Source: Alphaproteobacteria bacterium
GTDB taxonomy: Bacteria; Pseudomonadota; Alphaproteobacteria; JAPOUT01; G958296285
Assembly: GCA_965209065.1 (NCBI GenBank)
Contig: OZ242373.1
Span: 646,202 to 710,201 of the forward strand
Reading direction: 5' to 3'
DNA: 64,000 nucleotides
A program made the position numbers and the translations under genes. The notes under the pieces are model-generated. The model had not been told where the DNA came from, made no database searches, and saw nothing but the letters and a program-made list of their open reading frames with translations. Within the stretch, counting starts at the first letter, position 1. The number at the start of each line of letters is the position of its first letter. Of the stretch, positions 23,481 to 32,060 are shown piece by piece.

Positions 23481-24214
23481 TGTTTTGCCTCGCTCGAATC
23501 TAGACTCTTAGAGTCAAGACTCTTAGAGTCGAGACTCTTAGGATCAACCGACAGCCCGATACCCATGGTTGAGCTAAGAGTTATCTTTTTAAGATACCCT
23601 CCTTTGGTAGCAGCAGGCTTGGCTTGAATAAGTTTATCAAGCAGCGCGCGCGCGTTGCCGAGAATGTTTTCTTCCGAGAAGCTCGCCTTGCCAATGCCGA
23701 CATGAATAATACCCGCTTTTTCTACACGAAACTCAACCGCGCCTTGCTTGATGGACTGAACCGTTTTTTCAACATCCATCGTGACCGTTCCGGTTTTAGG
23801 ATTTGGCATAAGACCGCGCGGTCCCAACACCTTGCCTAGCTTGCCGACAATCGGCATCATATCAGGCGTGGCGATACATCTATCAAAGTTAATCTCGCCC
23901 TTTTCTATTGTTTCTGCCAAATCCTCCGCGCCGATAATATCAGCGCCAGCGCTTTTCGCTTCGTCAGCCTTCGCCCCTTTAGCAAACACCGCAATACGCA
24001 CCGTCCGCCCCGAACCATGCGGTAATTCACACACACCGCGCACCATCTGGTCAGATTGCTTAGGGTCTATGCCGAGATTAACCGCCAAATCAATCGTTTC
24101 ATCAAATTTAGCGACAGCACTTTGCTTCACAAGCTGAACCGCTTTGACAAGGTCATAAAGTTCATCGTTTTCAATGCCCTCTCTTATTTTTTTGCTACGC
24201 TTACCTCTAATCAC
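23477..24214 (-). CDS. rplA: 50S ribosomal protein L1 with C-terminal repeat extension
   Basis: 245 aa. The conserved core ends ...[11 protein letters not shown] and is followed by [21 protein letters not shown]. Confidence 0.9.
   Translation of the reverse strand: MIRGKRSKKIREGIENDELYDLVKAVQLVKQSAVAKFDETIDLAVNLGIDPKQSDQMVRGVCELPHGSGRTVRIAVFAKGAKADEAKSAGADIIGAEDLAETIEKGEINFDRCIATPDMMPIVGKLGKVLGPRGLMPNPKTGTVTMDVEKTVQSIKQGAVEFRVEKAGIIHVGIGKASFSEENILGNARALLDKLIQAKPAATKGGYLKKITLSSTMGIGLSVDPKSLDSKSLDSKSLDSSEAKQ
23503..23547 (-). repeat. Three tandem 15-nt units, each containing the hairpin GACTCttaGAGTC, in-frame at the 3' end of rplA
   Basis: Read directly from the sequence: gactcttagagtcaa / gactcttagagtcga / gactcttaggatcaa. 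Confidence 0.85.
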
Positions 24215-24644
24215 CTTTTACCTCCAAGCCCATCGCGCGCGCCGAGCCCGCGATAATTTTTGCGCCCGCTTCAACATCATTGGTGTTTAAGTCGGGCAGT
24301 TTTGCTTGCGCTATCTCGCGGCATTGCGCCATCGTAACCGCGCCCGCCACTTCTCTGCCTGCCAGCTTGCCGCCCTTTTGCAATTTCGCCGCTTGCTTTA
24401 ACAAAAATGAAGCCGGCGGCGTTTTGGTAATAAAATCAAAAGACCTATCCTTATAAATAGAAATGACCGTTGGCAAAGGTTGTCCTGCTTGCTCGCCCTT
24501 TGTCTTGTCGTTGAACTGCTTACAAAATTCGGCAATGTTGATGCCACGCGGACCCAAAGCCGTGCCAATAGGTGGCGCGGGATTCGCTTGCCCTGCCGGA
24601 ATTTGTATCTTTACTTGAGTTTGTAATTCTTTTTTAGCCGCCAT
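24207..24644 (-). CDS. rplK: 50S ribosomal protein L11
   Basis: 145 aa. It starts [37 protein letters not shown], which is the L11 signature. Confidence 0.95.
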   Translation of the reverse strand: MAAKKELQTQVKIQIPAGQANPAPPIGTALGPRGINIAEFCKQFNDKTKGEQAGQPLPTVISIYKDRSFDFITKTPPASFLLKQAAKLQKGGKLAGREVAGAVTMAQCREIAQAKLPDLNTNDVEAGAKIIAGSARAMGLEVKGD

Positions 24645-25195
24645 TAGCTTTTCTCCACTTGTGTATATTCCAAATCAACAGGAGTCGAACGACCAAAAAT
24701 AGAAACTGACACTTTTAAGCGTGAGCGCTCCTCATCTATACCTTCTACCACACCATTGAAAGAAGCGAAAGGTCCATCAGCAACGCGCACTTGCTCGCCA
24801 ATCTCGAAAGCAATGGTCGGCTTGGGTTTATCCACGCCCTCTTGAACCTGCTTCATAATGAAATCAACCTCTTTTTGAGGCACAGGCGCCGGCGTATTGT
24901 CTGAGCCTAGAAAACCCGTCACTCTCGGCAAGTTGCGTATCGCGTTTTGACTGCGGTCGTTCATATCCATCTTGACGAGAATATAACCCGGAAAAAATCG
25001 CTTCTTTGAACTCACCTTCTTGCCACGCTTGAGCTGGGTTACTTCTTCCTTAGGCACTTCAACCGCCTCTATCATGCCGCTTAAATCTTCGCGCTCCATC
25101 AGCTCGCGAATGTCCTCGGCGACCCTGTCCTCAAAATTAGAGTAAGCATGAACGATATACCAACGAGCCTCCATTAACGCGCCCCCAAAATCCAC
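24644..25195 (-). CDS. nusG: Transcription termination/antitermination factor NusG
   Basis: 183 aa. It has an NGN domain ([11 protein letters not shown]) and a C-terminal KOW motif. Confidence 0.9.
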   Translation of the reverse strand: MDFGGALMEARWYIVHAYSNFEDRVAEDIRELMEREDLSGMIEAVEVPKEEVTQLKRGKKVSSKKRFFPGYILVKMDMNDRSQNAIRNLPRVTGFLGSDNTPAPVPQKEVDFIMKQVQEGVDKPKPTIAFEIGEQVRVADGPFASFNGVVEGIDEERSRLKVSVSIFGRSTPVDLEYTQVEKS

Positions 25196-25563
25196 GCCAC
25201 CGCGAAGCTCAACACTTGGTCGGCAAGCAAAAAGAAAAGTGCCGCTAAAGTAACCATAATAAATACCATAATTGTCGTGACAACCGTTTCATTGCGCGTC
25301 GGCCAAGTGACATGCGCCATCTCTGCGCGCACCTGACGAATAAAAGTCAAAAAACCAACCCGCTGAGCAGCAGCACTCACCGCCGCGCCAGAACTACTGC
25401 CACTACCACTGGCACTGACATTATCATCGGGCATAGACTTTACCTCTTGTGTCCCTAATAACTCTGCGGTTTCGATAGCCTCTCCCCCGTTAGACGCATC
25501 AGAAGAACGCGCCGAGACAGCCTTTCTCGACTTTTTATGCGGTTTGTTGCGAGCCTTTTTCAT
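25174..25563 (-). CDS. secE: Preprotein translocase subunit SecE (with unusual ~65-aa Ser/Gly-rich N-terminal extension, or an upstream mis-start)
   Basis: The C-terminal 60 aa (FIRQVRAEMAHVTWPTRNETVVTTIMVFIMV...) form the SecE core. The N-terminus is a Lys-rich then Ser/Gly/Ala-rich low-complexity region. Internal Met codons could be the true start. Confidence 0.75.
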   Translation of the reverse strand: MKKARNKPHKKSRKAVSARSSDASNGGEAIETAELLGTQEVKSMPDDNVSASGSGSSSGAAVSAAAQRVGFLTFIRQVRAEMAHVTWPTRNETVVTTIMVFIMVTLAALFFLLADQVLSFAVAWILGAR

Positions 25564-25577
25564 AAAAATAAACCTTG

Positions 25578-25654
25578 TGGCAGGAGTGAAGGGACTCGAA
25601 CCCCTAACCCCCGGTTTTGGAGACCGGTGCTCTAGCCAATTGAGCTACACTCCT
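25578..25654 (-). tRNA. tRNA-Trp (anticodon CCA)
   Basis: Cloverleaf read on the minus strand, with anticodon loop CTCCAAA. It is in the canonical position between tuf and secE. Confidence 0.85.
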
Positions 25655-25683
25655 AAAACAAAAGCACCAGCCTTTCGGCACAC

Positions 25684-26874
25684 CTATTCCAAAATTTTAG
25701 AAACGACACCCGCACCAATCGTGCGACCGCCCTCTCTAATAGCAAAGCGCAACTGCTCTTCCATCGCAATGGGAGCAATAAGCTGCACCTCCATCATGGC
25801 GTTATCACCGGGCATAACCATCTCGGTGCCCTCAGGCAGAGTGATTTCGCCAGTAACATCGGTCGTGCGGAAATAAAATTGAGGACGATACTTGCTAACG
25901 AAAGGCTTATGCCTGCCGCCCTCATCTTTCGTGAGAATATAGGCTTCAGCCGTAAATTTCGTGTGCGGCTTCACCGAACCCGGTGCCGCAAGCACTTGTC
26001 CGCGCTCTACTTCCTCGCGCTTCGTGCCGCGCAATAGAACGCCAACATTATCGCCCGCCTCGCCTTGGTCTAGCAGTTTGCGGAACATCTCCACGCCAGT
26101 GCAAGTCGTTTTGGTGGTGTCTTTGATGCCAATGATTTCAACCTCATCACCAACATTGATGATACCACGCTCAACACGCCCAGTAACAACCGTTCCGCGC
26201 CCTTCAATAGAGAACACATCTTCAATCGGCATAAGGAAAGGCTTGTCTTTCGGACGCTCAGGCTGAGGGATATAGTCATCAATCGCTTTCATCAGCTCCA
26301 TAATGGCTTCTTTGCCGATTTTGTCGTCGCGCCCTTCAAGAGCAGCAAGCGCCGAGCCTTTGATAATAGGAATATCATCGCCGGGGAAGTTGTAAGAAGA
26401 AAGCAACTCGCGCACCTCTACTTCCACAAGCTCCAGCAGCTCCTCGTCATCAACCTGATCCACCTTGTTTAGAAAAACACAAAGCGCAGGAACACCCACT
26501 TGTCGCGCCAAAAGAATATGCTCGCGCGTTTGAGGCATAGGACCATCAGCCGCCGAAACAACCAAAATGCCTCCGTCCATTTGCGCCGCACCGGTAATCA
26601 TGTTCTTCACATAGTCAGCATGACCCGGGCAATCAACATGCGCGTAGTGGCGGTTTTCGGTCTCATATTCCACGTGAGCCGTGGAAATAGTAATGCCACG
26701 CGCCTTTTCTTCGGGCGCCTTGTCGATGTCGTCATAGGCAGAGAACTCAGCCCCGCCCACATCAGCAAGCACCTTAGTTATCGCCGCGGTGAGCGTCGTC
26801 TTGCCATGGTCGACGTGCCCAATCGTGCCGATATTACAATGCGGTTTTGTCCGCTCAAATTTCTCTTTAGCCAT
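25684..26874 (-). CDS. tuf: Elongation factor Tu
   Basis: 396 aa. [23 protein letters not shown]-motifs; full-length EF-Tu. Confidence 0.97.
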   Translation of the reverse strand: MAKEKFERTKPHCNIGTIGHVDHGKTTLTAAITKVLADVGGAEFSAYDDIDKAPEEKARGITISTAHVEYETENRHYAHVDCPGHADYVKNMITGAAQMDGGILVVSAADGPMPQTREHILLARQVGVPALCVFLNKVDQVDDEELLELVEVEVRELLSSYNFPGDDIPIIKGSALAALEGRDDKIGKEAIMELMKAIDDYIPQPERPKDKPFLMPIEDVFSIEGRGTVVTGRVERGIINVGDEVEIIGIKDTTKTTCTGVEMFRKLLDQGEAGDNVGVLLRGTKREEVERGQVLAAPGSVKPHTKFTAEAYILTKDEGGRHKPFVSKYRPQFYFRTTDVTGEITLPEGTEMVMPGDNAMMEVQLIAPIAMEEQLRFAIREGGRTIGAGVVSKILE

Positions 26875-26915
26875 ATTGTTCCTCGTTTGGTTAAGGGTTG
26901 GTGTTATATCAAAAA

Positions 26916-26989
26916 TGGAGCGGGCGAAGGGAATCGAACCCTCATCTTCAGCTTGGAAGGCTGCGGCTCTACCATTGAGCTACGCCCGC
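26916..26989 (-). tRNA. tRNA-Gly (anticodon UCC)
   Basis: The minus-strand sequence GCGGGCGTAGCTCAATGGTAGAGC...CTTCCAA...GGGTTCGATTCCC is closely similar to E. coli glyT. Confidence 0.85.
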
Positions 26990-27071
26990 ATAACCGAAAA
27001 AGGACGAATTCCGCTTTTGCCACCCATCTCGTTTTCTGCGAGCTTTCCTCACCCCAAGGGCTGCCTTGCTT

Positions 27072-27156
27072 TGGTGGAGGGAGTTGGATTTGAACCAACG
27101 TAGGCATAGCCAACGGGTTTACAGCCCGTCCCCTTTAACCACTCGGGCACCCCTCC
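27072..27156 (-). tRNA. tRNA-Tyr (anticodon GUA), long variable arm
   Basis: 85-nt class II tRNA with anticodon loop CTGTAAA. It is in the typical tyr-gly-tuf arrangement. Confidence 0.85.
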
Positions 27157-27436
27157 GATGAAGAGTCCACACAGAATTACTCGCTTTTAACCCTTTTTCG
27201 AGATTTTGTCAAGGGATTTTTGAGGATTTTTTGAGGAGTTTAACCTTTTAGAGCTGTAAAAATGGCAATTTGCTACCCTTATCCGCTAGATTTAGTTTGA
27301 GAACGAGTGCTGGGGTTGATAGAATCTAAGTGTGTTCATTACGACAGTGATTCTATCATTGGCAAGGTAAAAAATGCCCTATTAGATGTATGGTTAAATG
27401 GATAAGCAGGCAACTTACTAAAGAGCGAATGAAATA

Positions 27437-28648
27437 ATGCTACAAGTTTTACAACAAGATTTTGAAAATATAAAAGATCATTTTAACGAGCTTAATATGG
27501 ACGAATCTCATTTTGAAAATTCTAACGATATATGCACTCCATTAGAATGTGTCAAAGAGATGGTTGATGTTATCCCCAAAGAGTTTTGGAAAAGGAAAAG
27601 CCTTAAAATACTAGATAGTTGTTGTGGCAATGGAAATTTTCACGCTTACATCCAAACAAAAACAAATTTGAAAAATTTATACTTCAATGAGATAAACAAG
27701 AAACGGGTAAAAAATGCTCTAAATATATTTGGGGAAAGCATAAATATAACAACACAGGATTTCCTGTCATTTCCAGACAAAGAGGGATTTGATTTGGTCG
27801 TTTCAAATCCTCCTTATGCTAAATTTAATAATGGTATTAGGGTATCTAAAAATCATAACCTATCTAGAGATTTCATATTAAAAGCACTCAAAATCACTAA
27901 AATTAACGGATATATTTTATTTATTGCTCCAAATAATTGGATGTCGTTTTCCAATAGAAATTTATTACCGTCATTAATGAGTCAATATCAGTTTATCCAC
28001 TTAAACATCAATGGAGCAAAAAAATGGTTTCCAAAAGTTGGCTCATCTTTTACTTGGTTTCTATTGAAAAAAGTACCAAACAAGAAGCCCTTCAAAATAG
28101 AAAATGGCTATATTAAAAATGACATCCAACTTGCTAGACTAGATAGAGGTGTTAATTTTATCCCCCTTTATTATTCAAAAGAGACAAGAGCAATTTTTAA
28201 TAAAACCATCAACGCAAAAAATAAAAAGTATAAAATAGAGACTTCTAGTGATTTACATCATTATACAAAAAAGCACTTGTTGCGGGATAGCTCAAGCGAG
28301 AGATTTTGCTATAAACTAATCCATACTCCAACGCAAACCGCTTGGAGCTCTGTGCCTCATAAATATCAAACGGGATGGAAGGTTTTTATTTCCCTAACGA
28401 ATCAATACCAAACTTTCATAGATAATTGTGGAATGACGCAAAGCGTCGCATTTATTCGTTGTAAATCAAAAAAGGAGGCATTAAAGGTGGAAAAAGAATT
28501 GAATAATAATGTTTTTAAGTTCCTTAATAATTTAACACGATACGGCAATTTCAATAATGTTAAAGTATTACAACAATTTCCGCTTTTTTCTCAAGTTAGA
28601 TTAACTGACAAAGAAAAACTTTTTATTGAATATTTTTTAAGGACTTAA
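27437..28648 (+). CDS. N6-adenine DNA methyltransferase (gamma-class amino-MTase; motif I DSCCGNGNF, motif IV NPPY)
   Basis: 403 aa in a markedly AT-rich region. FxGxG-like motif I (LDSCCGNGNFHAY) and the catalytic NPPY; about 250 C-terminal aa are consistent with a target-recognition domain. Confidence 0.7.
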   Translation: MLQVLQQDFENIKDHFNELNMDESHFENSNDICTPLECVKEMVDVIPKEFWKRKSLKILDSCCGNGNFHAYIQTKTNLKNLYFNEINKKRVKNALNIFGESINITTQDFLSFPDKEGFDLVVSNPPYAKFNNGIRVSKNHNLSRDFILKALKITKINGYILFIAPNNWMSFSNRNLLPSLMSQYQFIHLNINGAKKWFPKVGSSFTWFLLKKVPNKKPFKIENGYIKNDIQLARLDRGVNFIPLYYSKETRAIFNKTINAKNKKYKIETSSDLHHYTKKHLLRDSSSERFCYKLIHTPTQTAWSSVPHKYQTGWKVFISLTNQYQTFIDNCGMTQSVAFIRCKSKKEALKVEKELNNNVFKFLNNLTRYGNFNNVKVLQQFPLFSQVRLTDKEKLFIEYFLRT

Positions 28649-28650
28649 CA

Positions 28651-29172
28651 ATGGCAAGTAAGTATAATAAAAATGATAGGCCATTAAAAAAGCTAGAAGA
28701 TTTATTTAATGAACTGAACTATAGCCAATTCCCTTATAAAAAGCACTTCATTCACTTGTGTAACATTACACCTGATGCTGAAAATGAAAAACTTGAAATA
28801 AAGAGTTTAGGAAATGATAAAAAGATTAATGATAAAGGTGTAGTATATGTCTTTGTTATAGGGAAAAAGATATTCAAGATAGGAAGTAGTACGGTTTCTA
28901 TAAAAGAAAGAATCGGCTCTTATAACTCTGGCAAAATTCTATACAGAGGGGCAGGAACTAACTCTACCACAAATTACTTTGTTCTACAAAGTTTTATTAA
29001 AATAGGCAAAGTCGTGAAAGTTTACGCCTACTTTCCCAATAAAAAACATTATACAATTTTTGGAGAAAAAGGGGTTGAAGCTTTCCCGCCCGCTAAAAAA
29101 ATAGAAAAAAAGATTTTAACTGATTTAAAGAAAAAATATGATCGTTTGCCAATAGGATGTAGCCAAAAATAA
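28651..29172 (+). CDS. Small GIY-YIG-like nuclease candidate (putative cognate restriction endonuclease)
   Basis: 173 aa, starting 2 nt after the MTase stop. GVVYVFVIGKKIFKIGSS...KERIGSY resembles the GIY...YIG...R core. Same low-GC composition as the MTase. Confidence 0.45.
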   Translation: MASKYNKNDRPLKKLEDLFNELNYSQFPYKKHFIHLCNITPDAENEKLEIKSLGNDKKINDKGVVYVFVIGKKIFKIGSSTVSIKERIGSYNSGKILYRGAGTNSTTNYFVLQSFIKIGKVVKVYAYFPNKKHYTIFGEKGVEAFPPAKKIEKKILTDLKKKYDRLPIGCSQK

Positions 29173-29313
29173 GAAAAACTAAAAACCTTACAAGATGCCC
29201 AGTATCTCCATGTCTAACAGCCTTGAAAATATAGCCTGAGTTGATTGCCTCTTGACAGAATGAAAAAAGCCCCTATCCTTACCCTTTAGGAATTTTTACC
29301 ACTCGGAGGAAAT

Positions 29314-30060
29314 ATGAGAAATATCAGCGGCGAAACTATTATCATTACTGGTGCCTCTTCCGGCTTTGGCGCCGAAACTGCACGAATGCTCGTCAAGGAC
29401 AAGGGCGCGAATGTCGTCTTGGGTGCTCGGCGCGCCGAAAAACTTCAGGAGCTCATCAAGGAACTCGGCGCGGATAAGGCTATCGCCAAGCCGTGCGATG
29501 TCCGCAAGTGTGATGACCTCAAGGCTCTCGCCGCCGCTGGTGTCGAGAAGTTCGGCACCATCGATGGTCTCGTCAATAACGCCGGGATTATGCCTCTGTC
29601 TATGCTCGCCGCCGGGCGCACCGACGAGTGGGACGATATGATAGACACCAACATCAAGGGCGTGCTTTATGCCATCAATGCCGTGCTGCCCATAATGATA
29701 AAAAATGAGAAGGGCTCGATTGTCAATATCTCTTCGGTTGCGGGCAGACGCGTTAGCCCCGCGGCGGCGGTCTATTCGGGGACGAAGTTCGCGGTGCACG
29801 CCATCTCTGAGGGATTGCGCCAAGAGGTCGCGCCCCATAAGATTCAAGTTTGTTGTGTTTATCCCGGCGCCTTCCAAACCGAGCTTGCTGGCTCTATCAA
29901 GGACGACAAGGTGCTGGAGATGGTGCGGAAAAGATTTAGTGGCGCGGGTGCTATCGGCGATGCGAAGCACATCGCGAATGCGATTGTGTTTGCTTTGAGT
30001 CAAGACCCATCGGTAGCGGTGAACGAGCTGATGCTGCGCCCTGTCGCACAAGATATGTAG
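29314..30060 (+). CDS. Short-chain dehydrogenase/reductase (SDR) family oxidoreductase
   Basis: 248 aa. TGASSGFGAETAR (TGxxxGxG), NNAG, and the catalytic YSGTKFAV (YxxxK). High GC, in contrast to the flanking AT-rich genes. Confidence 0.85.
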   Translation: MRNISGETIIITGASSGFGAETARMLVKDKGANVVLGARRAEKLQELIKELGADKAIAKPCDVRKCDDLKALAAAGVEKFGTIDGLVNNAGIMPLSMLAAGRTDEWDDMIDTNIKGVLYAINAVLPIMIKNEKGSIVNISSVAGRRVSPAAAVYSGTKFAVHAISEGLRQEVAPHKIQVCCVYPGAFQTELAGSIKDDKVLEMVRKRFSGAGAIGDAKHIANAIVFALSQDPSVAVNELMLRPVAQDM

Positions 30061-30155
30061 CACCACAGCGAGACCTTAAAAGATATATCAGGCACGGAAA
30101 TATGGTGCCTGCTTGCCAATAGCTTGACTGACTTTTAATTTTAGTTCATTATTTA

Positions 30156-31910
30156 ATGCAATTCAATCAAACACAAGGGGGAAAGTGTATGCCATCACCT
30201 GAAATCGAAAGCGGAAAAATATTGGTAAAGAAAATTTTCTCTGAACTATGGTTTCGCATCCCAGAATACCAACGCCCATACGTCTGGGGAAATGATGAAG
30301 TAAATAATTTGCTAGACGACATTTCCTATGCTATGCAAGGTGCGTCTGATTCTGAATACTTTTTGGGTTCCTTCGTTTATCAAACTAAACCACCTAATCC
30401 TGCTGCTAATATTCCATTTCAGGAGTATGATTTGCTAGATGGGCAGCAACGCATGATCACGCTTTTGTTGTTATTCTCTGTTATAAGGGATTTGACAAAA
30501 GATGAAGACGACAAAAAAGAATGTCAAAAGTGTATTTTTGTAGAAGCTGAACCTAGACGCAAGATTCCCGAGCGCTCTCGGATTACTTTTGGCATTCGCC
30601 AAGGCGCACAGAATTTTATTGAAACCCTAGTGAAGGAAAAAGGTTTTACCTTAAACAATGAATCACTAATGGACTATGAAAAATCAGGCAATGATACCAG
30701 CATCCAAAATATGGCTAAGGCTATTGGTTATATCAAAAAATTCTTTGCCAATAATACAAATATCAAATTTAATAAACTATTAGAATTTATTTTAAATAAA
30801 GTTTTACTGATCTATGTTTCTACCGAAAATCTAGATGATGCATTTCGGTTATTTACCATATTGAATGCTCGCGGCGTCTCCCTGCGTAATAGCGACATCT
30901 TGAAATCTATCAACCTTGGAGCTTTAACTACTGAGAAAGATAAAGAGAAATATGCTAAGCTTTGGGAAGATGCGGAAAGTGAATTAGGTGAAGAATTTGA
31001 CCGCTTCCTCCATTTCATTCGCACACTATTGGTAAAAGAAAAATCTCGCCTTAGCCTGTTGCAAGAGTTTGAAAATAAAATCTACAAACCTAAAAGCGCA
31101 GGGCAAAAGAAGCCATTACTAGCTAAAGGAAAAGCAACCTTCGAAATGGTGGATAAGCACTTAAAGCTATACCAGAAATTGTTCAATGATTCAAACTACG
31201 ATCTAACCAAAAGTTTTGAATTTGATAATCTTCTCAAAGTGATGAGAATTGGGATACCTTCTTCCGACTGGATTCCGCCATTGCTACATTATTACAATAA
31301 GTTTGGAAAAACGCGCCTCTATAATTTCTTGCAAATACTCGATAACAAGTTTTCAACAGATTGGATTATACGAGAAACACCAACGGCACGTACTGAGGCA
31401 ATGAATGCTGTTATCAAGGCTATTGACAAAAGTAAGACTGCCAATGATGTGTTCTATTCAAAAGACCTGAATATAATAGATTACGATGAGTTACAGCAAA
31501 CGCTAGAAAGCAAAATATATGGCAAGCCATTTGCTCGCTATATCCTTTTGAAGTTGGATTATCATTTCCGAAGCCATGATCAAAAAATGAACTTTGAGAC
31601 CTTATCCGTTGAGCATATACTTCCGCAAACTCCCAAATCAAGCAGTCAGTGGGTGAAAGATTTTAGTGAAGATGAAAGACTTGAGCTAACAAATACACTT
31701 GGTAATCTTGTATTGATTACACGTCGCAAAAACACATCTCAGGGGCGGCTTGATTACACGGAAAAGAAAAAACGCTATTTCGAGAAAAATATAGACACAT
31801 GCCCAAATTCTTTACGAGTTTTGCAAAAATACAACCAATGGACGCCTAAACAACTAAAAGAAAACCATAAGCTTGTTATCAAAAAACTCATGAAGTATTA
31901 TCCTCGCTAA
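30156..31910 (+). CDS. DUF262/DUF1524 two-domain protein (GmrSD-like type IV modification-dependent restriction enzyme family)
   Basis: 584 aa, AT-rich. N-terminal ParB/DUF262 motif (IPEYQRPYVWGNDEV; DGQQR). C-terminal DUF1524 His-Me finger-like region (SVEHILPQTP ... LGNLVLITRRKNTSQG). Confidence 0.7.
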   Translation: MQFNQTQGGKCMPSPEIESGKILVKKIFSELWFRIPEYQRPYVWGNDEVNNLLDDISYAMQGASDSEYFLGSFVYQTKPPNPAANIPFQEYDLLDGQQRMITLLLLFSVIRDLTKDEDDKKECQKCIFVEAEPRRKIPERSRITFGIRQGAQNFIETLVKEKGFTLNNESLMDYEKSGNDTSIQNMAKAIGYIKKFFANNTNIKFNKLLEFILNKVLLIYVSTENLDDAFRLFTILNARGVSLRNSDILKSINLGALTTEKDKEKYAKLWEDAESELGEEFDRFLHFIRTLLVKEKSRLSLLQEFENKIYKPKSAGQKKPLLAKGKATFEMVDKHLKLYQKLFNDSNYDLTKSFEFDNLLKVMRIGIPSSDWIPPLLHYYNKFGKTRLYNFLQILDNKFSTDWIIRETPTARTEAMNAVIKAIDKSKTANDVFYSKDLNIIDYDELQQTLESKIYGKPFARYILLKLDYHFRSHDQKMNFETLSVEHILPQTPKSSSQWVKDFSEDERLELTNTLGNLVLITRRKNTSQGRLDYTEKKKRYFEKNIDTCPNSLRVLQKYNQWTPKQLKENHKLVIKKLMKYYPR

Positions 31911-31926
31911 AATATAAGAGAAAAAT

Positions 31927-32003
<77 letters not shown>

Positions 32004-32060
32004 ACAATAATCTCTCTTAACACTATTCCTAAACAAAATCAAAAAAAAATCTCTACCGCT

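Noticed and set aside
25655-25683. Possible intrinsic terminator after tuf (GCC-gaaa-GGC followed by a U-tract on the minus-strand RNA)
   Set aside because: The stem is only 3-4 bp. It is too weak to call without folding energy.
29296-30066. 256-aa minus-strand ORF fully overlapping the SDR gene
   Set aside because: The SDR frame carries the canonical TGxxxGxG and YxxxK motifs. The antisense frame has none, and it is explained by high GC.
27160-31926. Looked for integrase, transposase or phage genes to explain the low-GC island and the TPS cluster
   Set aside because: None of the ORFs shows DDE, tyrosine- or serine-recombinase motifs. Mobility is therefore inferred only from the tRNA flanking and the composition.
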